A program made the position numbers and the translations under genes. A DNA stretch of 64,000 nt from NCBI RefSeq assembly GCF_006345805.1, contig NC_042997.1:196974001-197038000 (forward strand). Reading direction: 5' to 3'. Position 1 is the first letter of the stretch, and each line of letters starts with the position of its first letter. This document shows positions 24,609 to 36,950 of this stretch, in pieces. Origin of the DNA: Octopus sinensis. Taxonomy: Eukaryota. Under the pieces are notes generated by a model. The model saw only the letters and a list, made by a program, of their open reading frames with translations. It was not told where the DNA came from and did no database searches.

Positions 24609-25784
24609 AGGTGTTGGATATGTTTGAGGATGTAGTATGCGTTTGTAGGTGTGCATGAGTGCATGAGTATTTTCCATCGGCGAATATCAATGAAATACGC
24701 CAAACATCTGCGAGAAAACAGAATTCTCGCTGCTTTCGGCCTGCCTTTGGGCAGTTGTTGGGTTGCACACCCAATTGCTACTCCCGGCATTAGCAGTAAA
24801 GTGAATTAGTGATATTTCCTTTGGGAATTTGTAACCACCGACCCGTTATCCACAAATTCCGATGTGAAATAAAAATACAAAACAACTCAAGTGAACGCGA
24901 TATTATATTTTGCAATAACGAAAATCGTTTCATTAGATATGCACCATCACGGACCTAAAATAGTTTGTTCTTTCAAAATGGAAACATAATACCAGGGTTT
25001 GATCACGAACATAATGCAATTAAAATTAGATGAGGACTATTATATTCATGAATCCATAAAAACTATACGATTGAACGTTCACAGTTTTATCATCCTCCTT
25101 ATTTATATTTAATCGAGAATTCACAAATCAACTTCGAATTATTATCAACTTTTACAACGTTCTTCTTTTTCTAAGTGATGTACTTGATGTAATCAGATAA
25201 GGAATAAGATCAATATTTTCGAACTTTTTACTTGTATTAATCTATTGCTATGATCAACTTTCGAACGAGGCGATTAAAAAGAAAAAAAACAAACAAAAAA
25301 ACGTACTTTATTGAACTGAGAACTATTTCAAAAATATTCTTGTGTGGAAATATCCATATGACCATTTAGAGAAATGCTGCTGGAAATGAATTAATATCGG
25401 TTTCAAATTATATCATAAGTCCTTTATAATTACGTTGAGCGTCATCGCTATGGCTTTTACGCATGTAAAACTTAGATCTACTTCATAAGGAATACAAAAT
25501 GAAATGCTATGTTTAAATGCCGTGTATGTATACATACATACGTGTGTTTGTGTGCATATACATTTATAAATATATATATGTGTATATATATGTATATATA
25601 TACTCTTATAAATAAAGAAATACACTCATATATATATACACATACATGCATAGATATATATATATAAATATATATATATATACATACTTATATACATATA
25701 TACATACACACATCATATACATGTATGCCTACACACATTACACATATATATACATATATACATTACATACATACACATATACAT

Positions 25785-26235
25785 ACATGCATACATATGT
25801 ACATACATTACATATATATATACATACATTATATACATATATACATACACACATCATATACATGTATGCATACACACATTACGCACATATATACATACAT
25901 ATGTACATACATTACATATATACATACATATGTACATACATTTCATATATACATATGTACATACATTACATATATACATACATATGTACATACATTACAT
26001 ATATACATACATAGGTGCATACATTACATATATACATACATATGTACATACATTACATATATACATACATATGTACATACATTACATATATACATACATA
26101 TGTACATATATTTCATATATACATACATATGTACATACATTACATATATACATACATATGTACATACATTACATATATACATACATACGTACATACATTA
26201 CATATATACATACATATGTACATACATTACATATA
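25785..26235. repeat. 29-bp minisatellite embedded in a TA/TACA microsatellite
   Basis: Unit catatgtacatacattacatatatacata repeated more than ten times with few variants. Confidence 0.9.
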
Positions 26236-26242
26236 TATATAT

Positions 26243-26300
<58 letters not shown>

Positions 26301-27047
26301 ATGTGTGTGTGTGTGTATTTATACATGAGTGTATGTTCGTGTTTCGATTTACTGTGCGTATGTGTCCTAATCACGATCCGCAATATATTTAATAATGCTA
26401 AATAACATCTAAAGTCTACTGAGATTCGGTTTATGAATTCTAAGCTCGCTAAATTTTCCCGAAGAAAACACTAAAACAAAATAATATTCCCCCTTTCAAA
26501 GATAATTTTGGAAAATTTAATCCTTAATCTACTTATATCAGTGATTTGGCTAGTGTCACATTGAAGATTTGCCGATCTTTGACGAAATACTTTCCGAACA
26601 ACGAACATCATTTTAACAACCCTGTCCCATTATCCGATATCTTATTCCCTAAGCACTGTTATGATAAGTAATATGGTATCAACGCTAATATTCTGAAGAT
26701 TCTCAATATTATTACGTCGGGAATCACGAGGATAGAGAAGAAATATTAAGACTAAGTTAATTTTGAACGCGCGGTGTGCTCTGATGGTAGTTATTGCAAG
26801 GGAGATATTCACCTCTAGATGAATCGCGGTAGGAGTTGAATTATCAATTTTGAATCGAAAAGTAACTCATTTAATATTTTATTTTATATCTTCTGTCACT
26901 TGCCATGGTTATTTCTACAGATTTTCTATAGAATTTAGAACCAGACATAACCTTAACAGCACTGCCAACAATATTGACTGATAAAGCGTTTAATATACTT
27001 TGTCGTACATAATGGTTGCATAACCAAATACGGTGACCTCGCAAGTC

Positions 27048-27094
<47 letters not shown>

Positions 27095-27490
27095 AGACCT
27101 GCGTATACCTGTCTCCTCTTATAGCTCGTCCTCCTAACGTTCATAATTTTTCTGTCGTCTTGACTCAACAGCCCTCACCGTTTGTTTTTACTGTCTTGTT
27201 CTCATTGACCTGTTCTTGTTACCACTCTCACCCTCCACAAAAAAATCCCAAATTATATTTAATTTGCTTTGAGGGAAGGATTGTTTCAACGAAGTCGCAT
27301 ATTGTCCTAACAATAGATGACTTCGTCGCGCATTGTAAGGGACTACACTGGGGAGTGGAGTGATAATAACAATAATAATAATAAGGTAGAGCCAAAGGAA
27401 CTGCCATTAAGCACTTTGTCTGACGTGCTAACATTTGTGCCAGCTTGTCTGTGTACTACTACTACTACTACTAATAATAATAATAATAAT

Positions 27491-27787
27491 ACCAGTAGCA
27501 ATTGGTGCGCCGGGAATGATAAAGGAGGGAACTGAGCTACTCACTGGTAACTCCAATCTCCGTAAGCTACAAAAGAGAACCTTGTTGTTAAAAGGAAATT
27601 CTAAATGGGCCCCACCTGCAAGGTCATGTGCTGTTTATCTTGATATGAGATCACTATGTCACACACATGTGGTTCTGATTCATGTGCCTGATGTGCCTTT
27701 ATCAGAAAGTTAGTCATGACGGGTATACTGGGCTTCGTATATTTTACCCCCAGTGTCACTTTGATGGCATGCACTGCTCTATCACTC
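27491..27787 (+). mobile_element. 5'-truncated RLE-type LINE (R4/Dong-like) inside a (TAA)n tract
   Basis: Translates PVAIGAPGMIKEGT...LRKLQK (degenerate PVVIGALG...QK, the C-terminal motif of RLE ORFs). (TAA)n lies on both sides, at 27472-27490 and 27788-27818. Confidence 0.6.
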
Positions 27788-27818
<31 letters not shown>

Positions 27819-28032
27819 GCTTGAAGTTTTGGCGCTAGGCCAGGCATTTTGAGAGGTTACTTGATTCGAAAATGGAATAGCGCTACGCAGTTTTTCCGAT
27901 AATCTAACAATTCTACCAGAAGTAGAAGAGGAAACCGGACCTTGTTGATATGTCAATGATAATATCATAGTTGATGAGGTGTGTTCGAAATATCAATGGG
28001 GACCATGAAAACGAGGTTGCTATTGTAACAGC

Positions 28033-28417
28033 ATGATGATTGTGATGATGACGATGATGATGATGATAACGATGATGATGATGATGGCGACGACGAAAGA
28101 TGCTTATTGTATTAATGATGATGCAGATGGTTTTCATGGCAACGAGGGGAAGGTAATGACGACGACGGTGACGACGGCGACGATGGTGACGATGATGCGG
28201 ATGTTGGTGATCACGTGATGACGTTAATTATGAAGATGATGAAGTGATGATGATGATGGCGATAACGATGACGACGATGTCAACGATGACGATGATGTTA
28301 AGGCTGAAGATGATGAAGGCGACGGTAATGATGATGATGATGATGAAGATGGTGATGGTGATGATGATGGTGATGGTGATGATGGTGATGATGATGGTGA
28401 TGATGATGATGGTGATG

Positions 28418-28449
<32 letters not shown>

Positions 28450-28753
28450 GATGGTGATGATGGTGATGGTGATGATGATGGTGATGATGGTGGTGATGGT
28501 GATGATGATGGTGATGATGGTGGTGGTGATGATGGTGGTGATGATGGTGGTGGTGATGGTGGTGATGATGATGATGATGGTGATGATGATGGTGATGATG
28601 ATGGTGATGATGATGGTGATGACGATGGTGATGATGGTGATGACGATGGTGATGATAATGGTGATGATGATGATGATGGTGATGTCTACGATACGATGAT
28701 GTCAACGAACAGGTTAAGGCTGACGATGATGAAGGCGACGCTAATGATGATGG

Positions 28754-28784
<31 letters not shown>

Positions 28785-28824
28785 AATGATGATGGTGATG
28801 ATGGTGATGATGATGATGATGATG
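28033..28824. repeat. Degenerate (GAT)n/(GGT)n trinucleotide tract
   Basis: Directly visible. Source of the poly-His and poly-Met ORFs. Confidence 0.95.
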
Positions 28825-29266
28825 CCAACGCCGGTCACGTTGATTACACAGATCGCATTGCTCCTCACGGTGGCGACGGTGCTGCTGGTGAAAACTACCT
28901 CAACCCAGAAACAACAAGTTAAGTAATACTCGTCTTAAGACGTTCTTTGCCGTTTCATGTTAGCGGTAGCACATGTTCAACTGATTACTTCACAAAATCC
29001 CATTATATATTCGCCACATGCTGTTAATATGATTGGATTCTCTGCTTAATACAGACTATCTTTGTTTTAGACCGACCCCTCTTTTCGCTCTGGCGATGCC
29101 CCTCCCCTCCTCCTTTTTGTGTGGATGCTTCTAGGTGCACAAACTGCAATATTTGGCAGAAGCTTTTAATGCAACGGATCTATATATCGACTAATATGTT
29201 TTTGCTTAAGTTTTCGTTTCTACTCGTTCGCCTTCCATAAAATATCAAATGCAATGAAGATTACGC

Positions 29267-29835
29267 ATGTATGTATGTATGTATGTATGTATGTATTATG
29301 TATGTATGTATGTATGTATGTATGTATGTATGTATGCATGTATGTATGTATGCATGTATGTATGTATGTATGTATGTATGTATGTATGTATGTATGTATG
29401 TAGTATGTATGTATGTATGTATGTATGTATGTATGTATGTATGTATATATGTATGTAGTATGTATGTATGTATGTATGTATGTATGTATGTATGTATGCA
29501 TGTATGTATATGTCCATACATATGTCTGTACGTATCTACACGTGTGTGTGCCTCTATATACTAGAGTATATATGTGTGTGTATGTATATATATATATATA
29601 TACACCTATATATATATATATATATCTATATATAGTTATACATACATATATACACACATAGATATATTTATCATTAATAAAACTATTATATATATATATA
29701 TAATGTATGTATATATAAGTAAGTATGCATATATATGTATGTATAAATATGTATATATATGTACATATGTGTCTATATATGTGTGTACATATATATGTAT
29801 AGATATATGTGTGCGTGTGTGTATGTGTGTGCGTG
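29267..29835. repeat. (ATGT)n followed by a TA/TG compound microsatellite
   Basis: Directly visible. Confidence 0.95.
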
Positions 29836-29944
29836 TAATCCTGTGAATTTGTTGCGTTATGCACATTTACCTCTGAAATTGATATTCTACAGGTCTCTCA
29901 GCATATATTCTGTCTACTCAATAACATGTATGTGAGCATCTATC

Positions 29945-30041
<97 letters not shown>

Positions 30042-30061
30042 ACATATATAAATGTGTATTA

Positions 30062-30187
30062 AACATACATACAAACATACAAAAATACCCTGTTGTTGAT
30101 GTTGAAATTACAACGAAGGAGCCTTGGATCTAGGTTAGAAACCGGTTGTTTATTGGCAAGAAATCTTGAAATAAACTGAATAAGATA
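30062..30187 (+). mobile_element. 3' UTR fragment of the 11120-11830 RLE LINE family
   Basis: ggagccttggatctaggttagaaaccggtt...ggcaagaaatcttgaaataaactgaataa followed by (TACA)n/(TACC)n. Confidence 0.75.
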
Positions 30188-30589
30188 CATACATATATTC
30201 ATGCGAAAATACATGCATACATACATGCCTAGCTACCTACCTACCTACCTACCTACCTACCTACCTACATACATACATACATACATACATACATACATAC
30301 ATACATACATACATACATGCATACTCATATACATACGTACATACCTACCTACCTACCTACCTACCTACATATATACATACATACATACATTGTAAACCCT
30401 TAGTTGAACAGATCACAATCTTTCCTTTTTTAACGGGGCGAACAAAAATAACGCTCTACATCTGATAGAGTCATAGAGAACTTACATCTCACTGGCACAG
30501 ACATATTTGGCAAATAATATTCCATAATTTCATTATTTAATAATGTTATTTTGACCGTTGGCGTGTATTTTACACAACTTAATTATTTT

Positions 30590-31160
30590 TATTGGGTTGT
30601 CTGGAAGTTCGTGCCGTCTTTTAAAGGAAAGAAAAAGGTCAATAAATACTTGCCATTACATTTTTAATCAACCAAATATGAACCATTTTGTTGCACAATG
30701 CATCTCCATCTTTCCTTTAACTTGAAAATACCCTCTTCCCAGAATTGAGTTGGTTTCATAGCAAAGAATTCATCAAGGTATCTTTTTATGTCATCCAAGA
30801 AATTGAAATTTTGACCATTAAGACTATTCTGCAGAGATCTGAACAAGTGGAAATCCGAAGGAACAATATCTGGTGAATATGGAGGGTGAGGTAATACATC
30901 CCAGATGATCTGCAGCAATTTTTGTCTGGTTCCCAAAGCATCAAGTGCCGAAAATGAACTTTCTTATCTTCCATTTTAAAGGGTTACAGAATTAACACAG
31001 GTTTATAGGAACATAAAACTTCTTCCACGAAAAGATAGCTTAAGCTGTGCTCTAAATAGAGGTGTAGTCAAATCCTATTTTATGGACTCAACCATGTTCT
31101 AAAATAAGTCGAAATGTAAGCTACTATAAATCGGCACGAACTTTCCTGACAACCCAAATA
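30590..31160 (-). mobile_element. Internally deleted mariner transposon
   Basis: TIRs tattgggttgtctggaagttcgtgccg / cggcacgaactttcctgacaacccaaata with TA ends. The minus strand encodes N-terminal MEDKKVHFRHLML joined to C-terminal WDVLPHPPYSPDIVPSDFHLFRSLQNSL (mariner YSPDLAPSD motif). Confidence 0.9.
30664..30974 (-). pseudogene. mariner DD34D transposase remnant
   Basis: About 13 N-terminal codons fused out of frame to about 80 C-terminal codons. The DNA-binding domain and most of the catalytic domain are deleted. Confidence 0.88.
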
Positions 31161-31262
31161 CATGTGGTTGAGCTGCTAGGATCTTTACAGTGGTTTCTGT
31201 TTAAAGTCTGCATAGACACCCAACCGTAGACTCTTACATGGAGATATTCATATACATAGAAA

Positions 31263-31465
31263 CGAAGAGGTGCTGAAAAGTTTCTGGCTTTTGGTAAAAG
31301 AAAATACAATAGAATTAGTTAATTATGATTTTATTCAACATACTTCCCTCTCAGATTCACACATTTATTTAGTTTTCTAAGCTTTGTAAAAAAATTGGGA
31401 AAGTTGGGTCACCAAACGTGTTTTTCGCCATACCCTTAAGGCCAGGAATCTTCAGCACTCCTTCG
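31263..31465. mobile_element. Tc1/mariner-type MITE (same family as 14749, opposite orientation)
   Basis: cgaagaggtgctgaaaag ... cttcagcactccttcg. Confidence 0.7.
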
Positions 31466-31478
31466 TGTGTGTGTGTGA

Positions 31479-31484
<6 letters not shown>

Positions 31485-31556
<72 letters not shown>

Positions 31557-31581
31557 TAGATAGATAGATAGATAGATGATT

Positions 31582-31652
<71 letters not shown>
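31485..31652. repeat. (TA)n + (GATA)n microsatellite
   Basis: Directly visible. Confidence 0.95.
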
Positions 31653-31653
<1 letters not shown>

Positions 31654-31667
31654 TGCATACATACCTA

Positions 31668-31870
31668 CAGAAGGTGAGGGGCTGAACATTTCCTAGATTT
31701 AGGTAAAAAAAAGTACAGGGGAATCAGTTAATTGTGATTTTATTCAAAATATTCCCCTCTCAGATTTAAACACTTGTTTTCCTAAGCCCTGTAAAAGAAC
31801 TAGGAAGGTCGAGCCTCCAAACAAGTCATTTGCAGCACCATAAAGCTAGAACCTTTTCAGCAACCCTTCG
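31668..31870. mobile_element. Tc1/mariner-type MITE (same family, more diverged)
   Basis: Internal homology to the 31263 copy. Ends ttttcagcaacccttcg|ta. Confidence 0.65.
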
Positions 31871-32769
31871 TACATACATACACACATGCATACATATCCT
31901 ATCCAAGAATCAAATCAGCTTACTTTTTCCCATTTTCTGAAACCTTTGCAGTTTCTCGTCATCAGTTTGAACTGTCACTTTCAAACTTTCAAAGAAAGCT
32001 ATGTGGTTTGTAACAACCGCTCCTGCCTAGTTACATGAGTGCTGTCTGTTAGTGATCTTTCATGATGTTTGGCGTAACGTTTAATAACGGCGATGCCAAA
32101 AGGCGACTGAGAATATTCACTATAGTAATTAATCTGTAATTATTCTAAAATGGAAGCGTCAGTTTGGCAGGGAATATGATGTGCCAAATATTTAACAGCG
32201 TGTGGATTTGACAGTCTAGTGAAGAAGAATATAGGAGCAGATTTGTTGCACATAACGGGAAACTGTAATGATCTTCCTTCGAAATCAAGTGAACATTGGA
32301 TTTGATTAAGAAATGCTGCCAAAGAAAACCGTGATTATTTCTCCTGTCTGTCTAATGTTAAACTGAAACACTAATGATCGGATAGGAAGCAAACTGAATA
32401 AATTGATATTAAAAGAGGGTGGATGGTTCAATAAACGCAGGAAGAAGAGACAGGACAAAACCGAATGCGACTATGTTAATAATGACCCTACTGGTCCGCG
32501 AACAGCAAACAACAAGCAGTATGCTGAAGCTACCATTTTCAGTTTTCTATAAGATATTGAACTGCAGTGCTATTTTACCTAAAACACGGTGAAATGTCAG
32601 CAATATATATATATATTTTCAGTAAAAACAATTAAGATTCAAGTGAATTCCAATTAATTCAAATGAACGCGGTACTTAACTTAGATGCACCAGAAATCTA
32701 TATGGTATTAACCATAAAATAATGTGGGGTGATTATAAACAAGAAAAAAGCAACAAGAATGGATTAGTT

Positions 32770-32861
32770 GTTCAGTACAATTGTTTCATACGAAGAACAG
32801 TTTTATTTAAAGCTGCAAATATTGCAGCAAATACAAATGTCCCGTATTCATCAGCCAAAAC
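32770..32861 (-). ncRNA. Type I hammerhead ribozyme with intact catalytic core and long stem II (probably a Penelope-like terminus)
   Basis: Minus strand: guuuugg-CUGAUGA-auacg-ggaca...uguuc-uu-cguau-GAAAC-aauu-GUA-cugaac. All invariant core bases are present. Predicted cleavage is between 32776 and 32775. Confidence 0.75.
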
Positions 32862-32869
32862 ACATATGA

Positions 32870-32950
32870 GTTTTGGCTGATGAATACGGGACATTTGTAT
32901 TTGCTGCCTTTAAATAAAACTGTTCTTCGTATTAAACAATTGTACTGAAC
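32870..32950 (+). ncRNA. Inverted copy of the same hammerhead, probably inactive
   Basis: CTGATGA at 32877-32883, but G12 is T (32933) and 11 nt of the stem II apex are deleted. Confidence 0.65.
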
Positions 32951-32985
32951 AACTAATCCATTCTTGTTGCTTTTTTCTTATATAT

Positions 32986-33023
<38 letters not shown>

Positions 33024-33116
33024 ATGAGGCTGAGAAATTGGATATTAATTTAATTAAATTAACATTAATTTAACACCAGTGGCCTAGCATATAAAATCTG
33101 AAGGTTCAGTAACCTG

Positions 33117-33343
33117 TATTATATACAAATGAGAGGGATGTCCACTATGTGGACAACCCATATGCTAGAAGTAGATCCGCTATGGCCTCACTGCTAAGAA
33201 ATGTTCTCAAGAAAAATTCAGCAAAATTCTGGTGTTTGCTGAATTTTCCTTGAGAACATTTATTAGTGGTAAGACTATAGCGGATCTACTTGTAGCATAA
33301 GGGTTGTCCACATAGTGGTCATCCGTCTCATTTGTATATAATA
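33117..33343. repeat. 227-bp imperfect palindrome
   Basis: Arms 33117-33225 and 33235-33343 have about 11 mismatches. The loop attctggtg is 9 nt, and the right arm ends in (TA)n. Confidence 0.92.
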
Positions 33344-33480
33344 TATATATATATATATATATATGAAAGCTAGTTTCATACGAATATATGTAATCCACAA
33401 GACCCGCTTTCTGATCTTATATTGTATTCTCTGTAAATAGCGTTTCTGCTTTCCCAACATATTATATCATTATGTAAGAC

Positions 33481-34024
33481 GGTGAGCCGACAGTAATTAG
33501 CATGCCGGGTAAAATACATAACGGAATTTTGACCCTTTTTACGGTCTGAGTTCAAATTCAGCCGAGGCAGACTTTGATTTTCACCCTTTCGGGGTCGATA
33601 AATTAAGCACCAGCTGAGCAATTGTGCCCATGTATCAACTTACCAACTTCCCTCAAATTGCCGGCCTTGTGCAAAAATGAGAAGCCAATATTACGATAAA
33701 TTGAGTACCAGTTGCGCACTGGGGTCGATCTAATCGACTGCCCCTCTCCCCTGAAATTTCGGGCCTTGTGCCTAGAGTAGAATTGAATATTGAATTCAAA
33801 GAAAGGCGGCGAGCAAACAGAAACATTAGCAGAACCGAACAAAATGCTTAGCGACATTTTGTTCGTCTGCACGTTCTGAGTTCACATTCCGTCGAGATCG
33901 AATTTCCCTTTCACCTTTTCGAGATCAATACAATAAGTACCACTTGAACACTGGAGCCGATGCGACCGACTTAGCTCCTTCCACCGAAATTGCTGGCCTT
34001 GTGCCAAAATTTCAAACCGATATT
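33481..34024 (+). mobile_element. Cluster of three old SINE-A-related copies or fragments, same orientation
   Basis: Degenerate heads and central blocks at ~33481, ~33693 and ~33805, with ggccttgtgcc tails. Confidence 0.7.
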
Positions 34025-34842
34025 GAACTGAAAGGTTCCTCAATATTTTGTGGTAAACTTCAGATTCCTAACTATGGAAATAAAACAATTTTGAGAGAGA
34101 TTTCAAAGTTTCGGTTCAAGCCCTCAAATGCCAGTCCGATCACGGCTTATAAGCTGAGCCTTCGAACTCACTATTCTCTCTTAAGCTTAAACACATACAT
34201 ATACACCTACAAAGTTACACACACATATGTATATGTGTGTATTACGCCTAAACTCACATATATATATATATATATATGAATATAAGTATTCATACAGAGT
34301 CCATGGCGCGAAATCCTTAAGCAAGTACTTCACAAGATCATGTTACTGCTGATTTGTAGCAATATATAATCGTTACTAAGAGTGAATTCTTTGCTGCAAA
34401 CACAGAATCACGTACTTTGGTTTTAACGATTCACTGAATAAATTTTCCTGCTTCTGCAGATTCCAGTGGATCATTGTAGAACATGACTTTGTTGAGAAAC
34501 ACAAACCGTCCGAAGAATATTTTGAGGCTCACACATGTATAGAAAAGCGTTTACAGATACCATAGCATAAAAATATGTATATCACAATTGCTACACCACA
34601 TAGACTCACTCACGAAATCATACACACAACACTTACAAACACATACTTATACTTATACCACACACTCACAAACGCACACACACGCGCACGCATACACATC
34701 TATCTATCTATCTATATATATATACACAAAAGACAAAAAAAGGAGTGAAAAAACTACTGAAGGTTTGTGTTATGTGGTTAAAGATATATGTATATATATG
34801 TGTGTATATATGTGTATATATGTGTGTATATATGTGTGTATA

Positions 34843-34882
<40 letters not shown>

Positions 34883-35352
34883 TATATATGTGTGTGTGTT
34901 TATATATATATATATATATGAATATATATGTGTGTGTGTGTGTTTATATATATATATATTTGTATGTATGTATATATATAAAGATATAAATGTATGTGTG
35001 TATATATAAAGACATAAATATATGTGTGTGTGTATATAGATAGATATAAATATATACATACAGGAGTGGACGAAAATAGAATTTTCTTTCCATTTCTTAA
35101 AGAAAAAATGAAATAGAGAAATGAGAAGAACACACCACTCCTATTAAGCAACTGTACGTTTAAATTTGCTCTCCCTTGCCTCCATTAATCCATACATATT
35201 TATGATTGTTTTATGCGAAGATGCCTTAACTTTCCGAACCAGAAAACAGGTTGAAAGCGACTGCGAAGTTTTAGGGTACTAAAGGTTTTCAGTTAGCCTA
35301 AGGACCTGGACTTAGCCGAAACTTCAAAGTCACAATCAAACTTCTTTCGGTT

Positions 35353-35722
35353 GAGTGGCTGTGCGGTAGGTAGTTTGCTTACCAAGCACATAATTCTGGG
35401 TTCAGTTCCACTGTGTGGCACCTTGGGCAAGTGCCTTCTACTATAGCCTGGGGCCGAACAAAATTTGTGAGTGGATTTGGTTGACTGAAACTGAAAGAAG
35501 CCCGTCGTATATATGTATATGTTTGTTTGTCTGTGTATGTTGCTCCCACCATCGCTGTTGGTGTGTTTACGTCTCTGTCACTTAGCAGTTCGGCAAACAT
35601 AAACCGATAGAATAAGTACTAGTCTTAGAAAGAACAAGTCCTGGGTTAGATGTGATTGACTAAACGCGGTGCTCCAGCATGGCTGCTGTCAAATGACTGA
35701 AACAGATAAAAGAATAAAAGAA
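35353..35722 (+). mobile_element. SINE family B
   Basis: gagtggctgtgcggtag head, ggcaccttgggcaagtg block, aaatgactgaaacagataaaagaataaaag tail. Confidence 0.85.
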
Positions 35723-35939
35723 GAAAAAAATATTTATAAAAAGTGCACAGATAGGCGTGCTCGCTCGCACGCACGCACGCAGAGACACACGTACATGCGT
35801 ATACGCATGAAACAGTAGATCAACTTTGAGGTATATACAACTAAATCAGCGAATGATTGAAGGCAGAAATATTTCTCCCTAACAATTCATATTTGGATAT
35901 AGCTTAGTTTGACATATCGAAGTATAAGCACGATTGACC

Positions 35940-36360
35940 TTTCATTCATTCATTCTTTCTTCCTATCTAACTATCTACATACCTACCTACATACCTACCT
36001 ATCTATCTATCTACCTGTCTATCTACCTACCTACTTCTGTCTGTCTTTCTCCCTACGTATCTATCTATCTGTCTGTCTACTTATGTATGTATGTATGTAT
36101 CTATCTATCTATCTGTCTACTTATGTATGTATGTATGTATGTATGTATGTATGTATCTATCTACTTATGTATGTATGTATGTATGTATCTGCCTATCTGT
36201 CTATCTATCATTATGTATATATGCATTTATATAAGTTTAATTCTATATGTGTAGATGCATTTATATGTATAAGAATGCATGTTTGTATTTGTATGACTGT
36301 ACAAAAGTATCTATCTACCTACCTACCTACCTACCTACCTACCTACCTACATATATGTCT
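35940..36360. repeat. (CTAT)n/(TACC)n/(ATGT)n compound tetranucleotide repeat
   Basis: Directly visible. Confidence 0.93.
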
Positions 36361-36860
36361 GTCTATCTAATCTCTCTCCCTCTCTATTTATCTATCAGCT
36401 CTCTTTTATCTATCTCTCTATGTACATATTTACATAAGCACATATGTGTGTATCTATATACGTATATATAGCACAACGCATAGACATTTCTTTAGTAAGT
36501 CTCAAGTGTTAGGTTTTTATTCATATCCTTTAATAATTATTAAACCACAAATAATTATCGTGATATAAATCGGAAAATGCTGTGAAGCTACAATCAGCCT
36601 ATGATATTGTGTAATATTCAGCCTAGTTGGAGCGATATATCTATTGTTGCTTGTAAATATTCATTAAATTTCAAATATATATTATCTATTGTAGTGAGTA
36701 AATATTCATTATTCCTTTATAATTATAACTGATGGTCTCCTAACGAGAAGCATTACATTATATTGTTCTAATAATCAGTTTTAAAGTTGCACTATTGGCC
36801 TCAAGATATCAGGTTCCAAATTTTATTAATCAAATTTTTCCCTCTCCTTGTCTCTTTATA

Positions 36861-36909
<49 letters not shown>

Positions 36910-36913
36910 ATAT

Positions 36914-36950
<37 letters not shown>

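Larger units (their letters stand above)
32741..32979. repeat. 239-bp near-perfect palindrome (fold-back inversion)
   Basis: Arms 32741-32861 and 32870-32979 differ by one substitution and an 11-nt indel. Centre a-catatg-a. Confidence 0.95.

Noticed and set aside
28244-28926. Poly-His, poly-Met and poly-Ser ORFs
   Set aside because: Frames of a (GAT/GGT)n tract, open on both strands, with no flanking coding context or splice support.
31935-31965. Minus-strand CTGATGA-CGA-GAAAC
   Set aside because: Only 3 nt between the core halves and no stem I; likely chance.
32980-33022. Single phase shifts (TATAATATA or ATATTATAT) inside many (TA)n tracts across the window
   Set aside because: Most simply single-base indels from slippage or sequencing/consensus error; cannot be interpreted without reads.
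34441-34565. Good acceptor (ttttcctgcttctgcAG) followed by a 34-codon open frame FQWIIVEHDF...
   Set aside because: No donor, no recognisable homology, and a length expected by chance.
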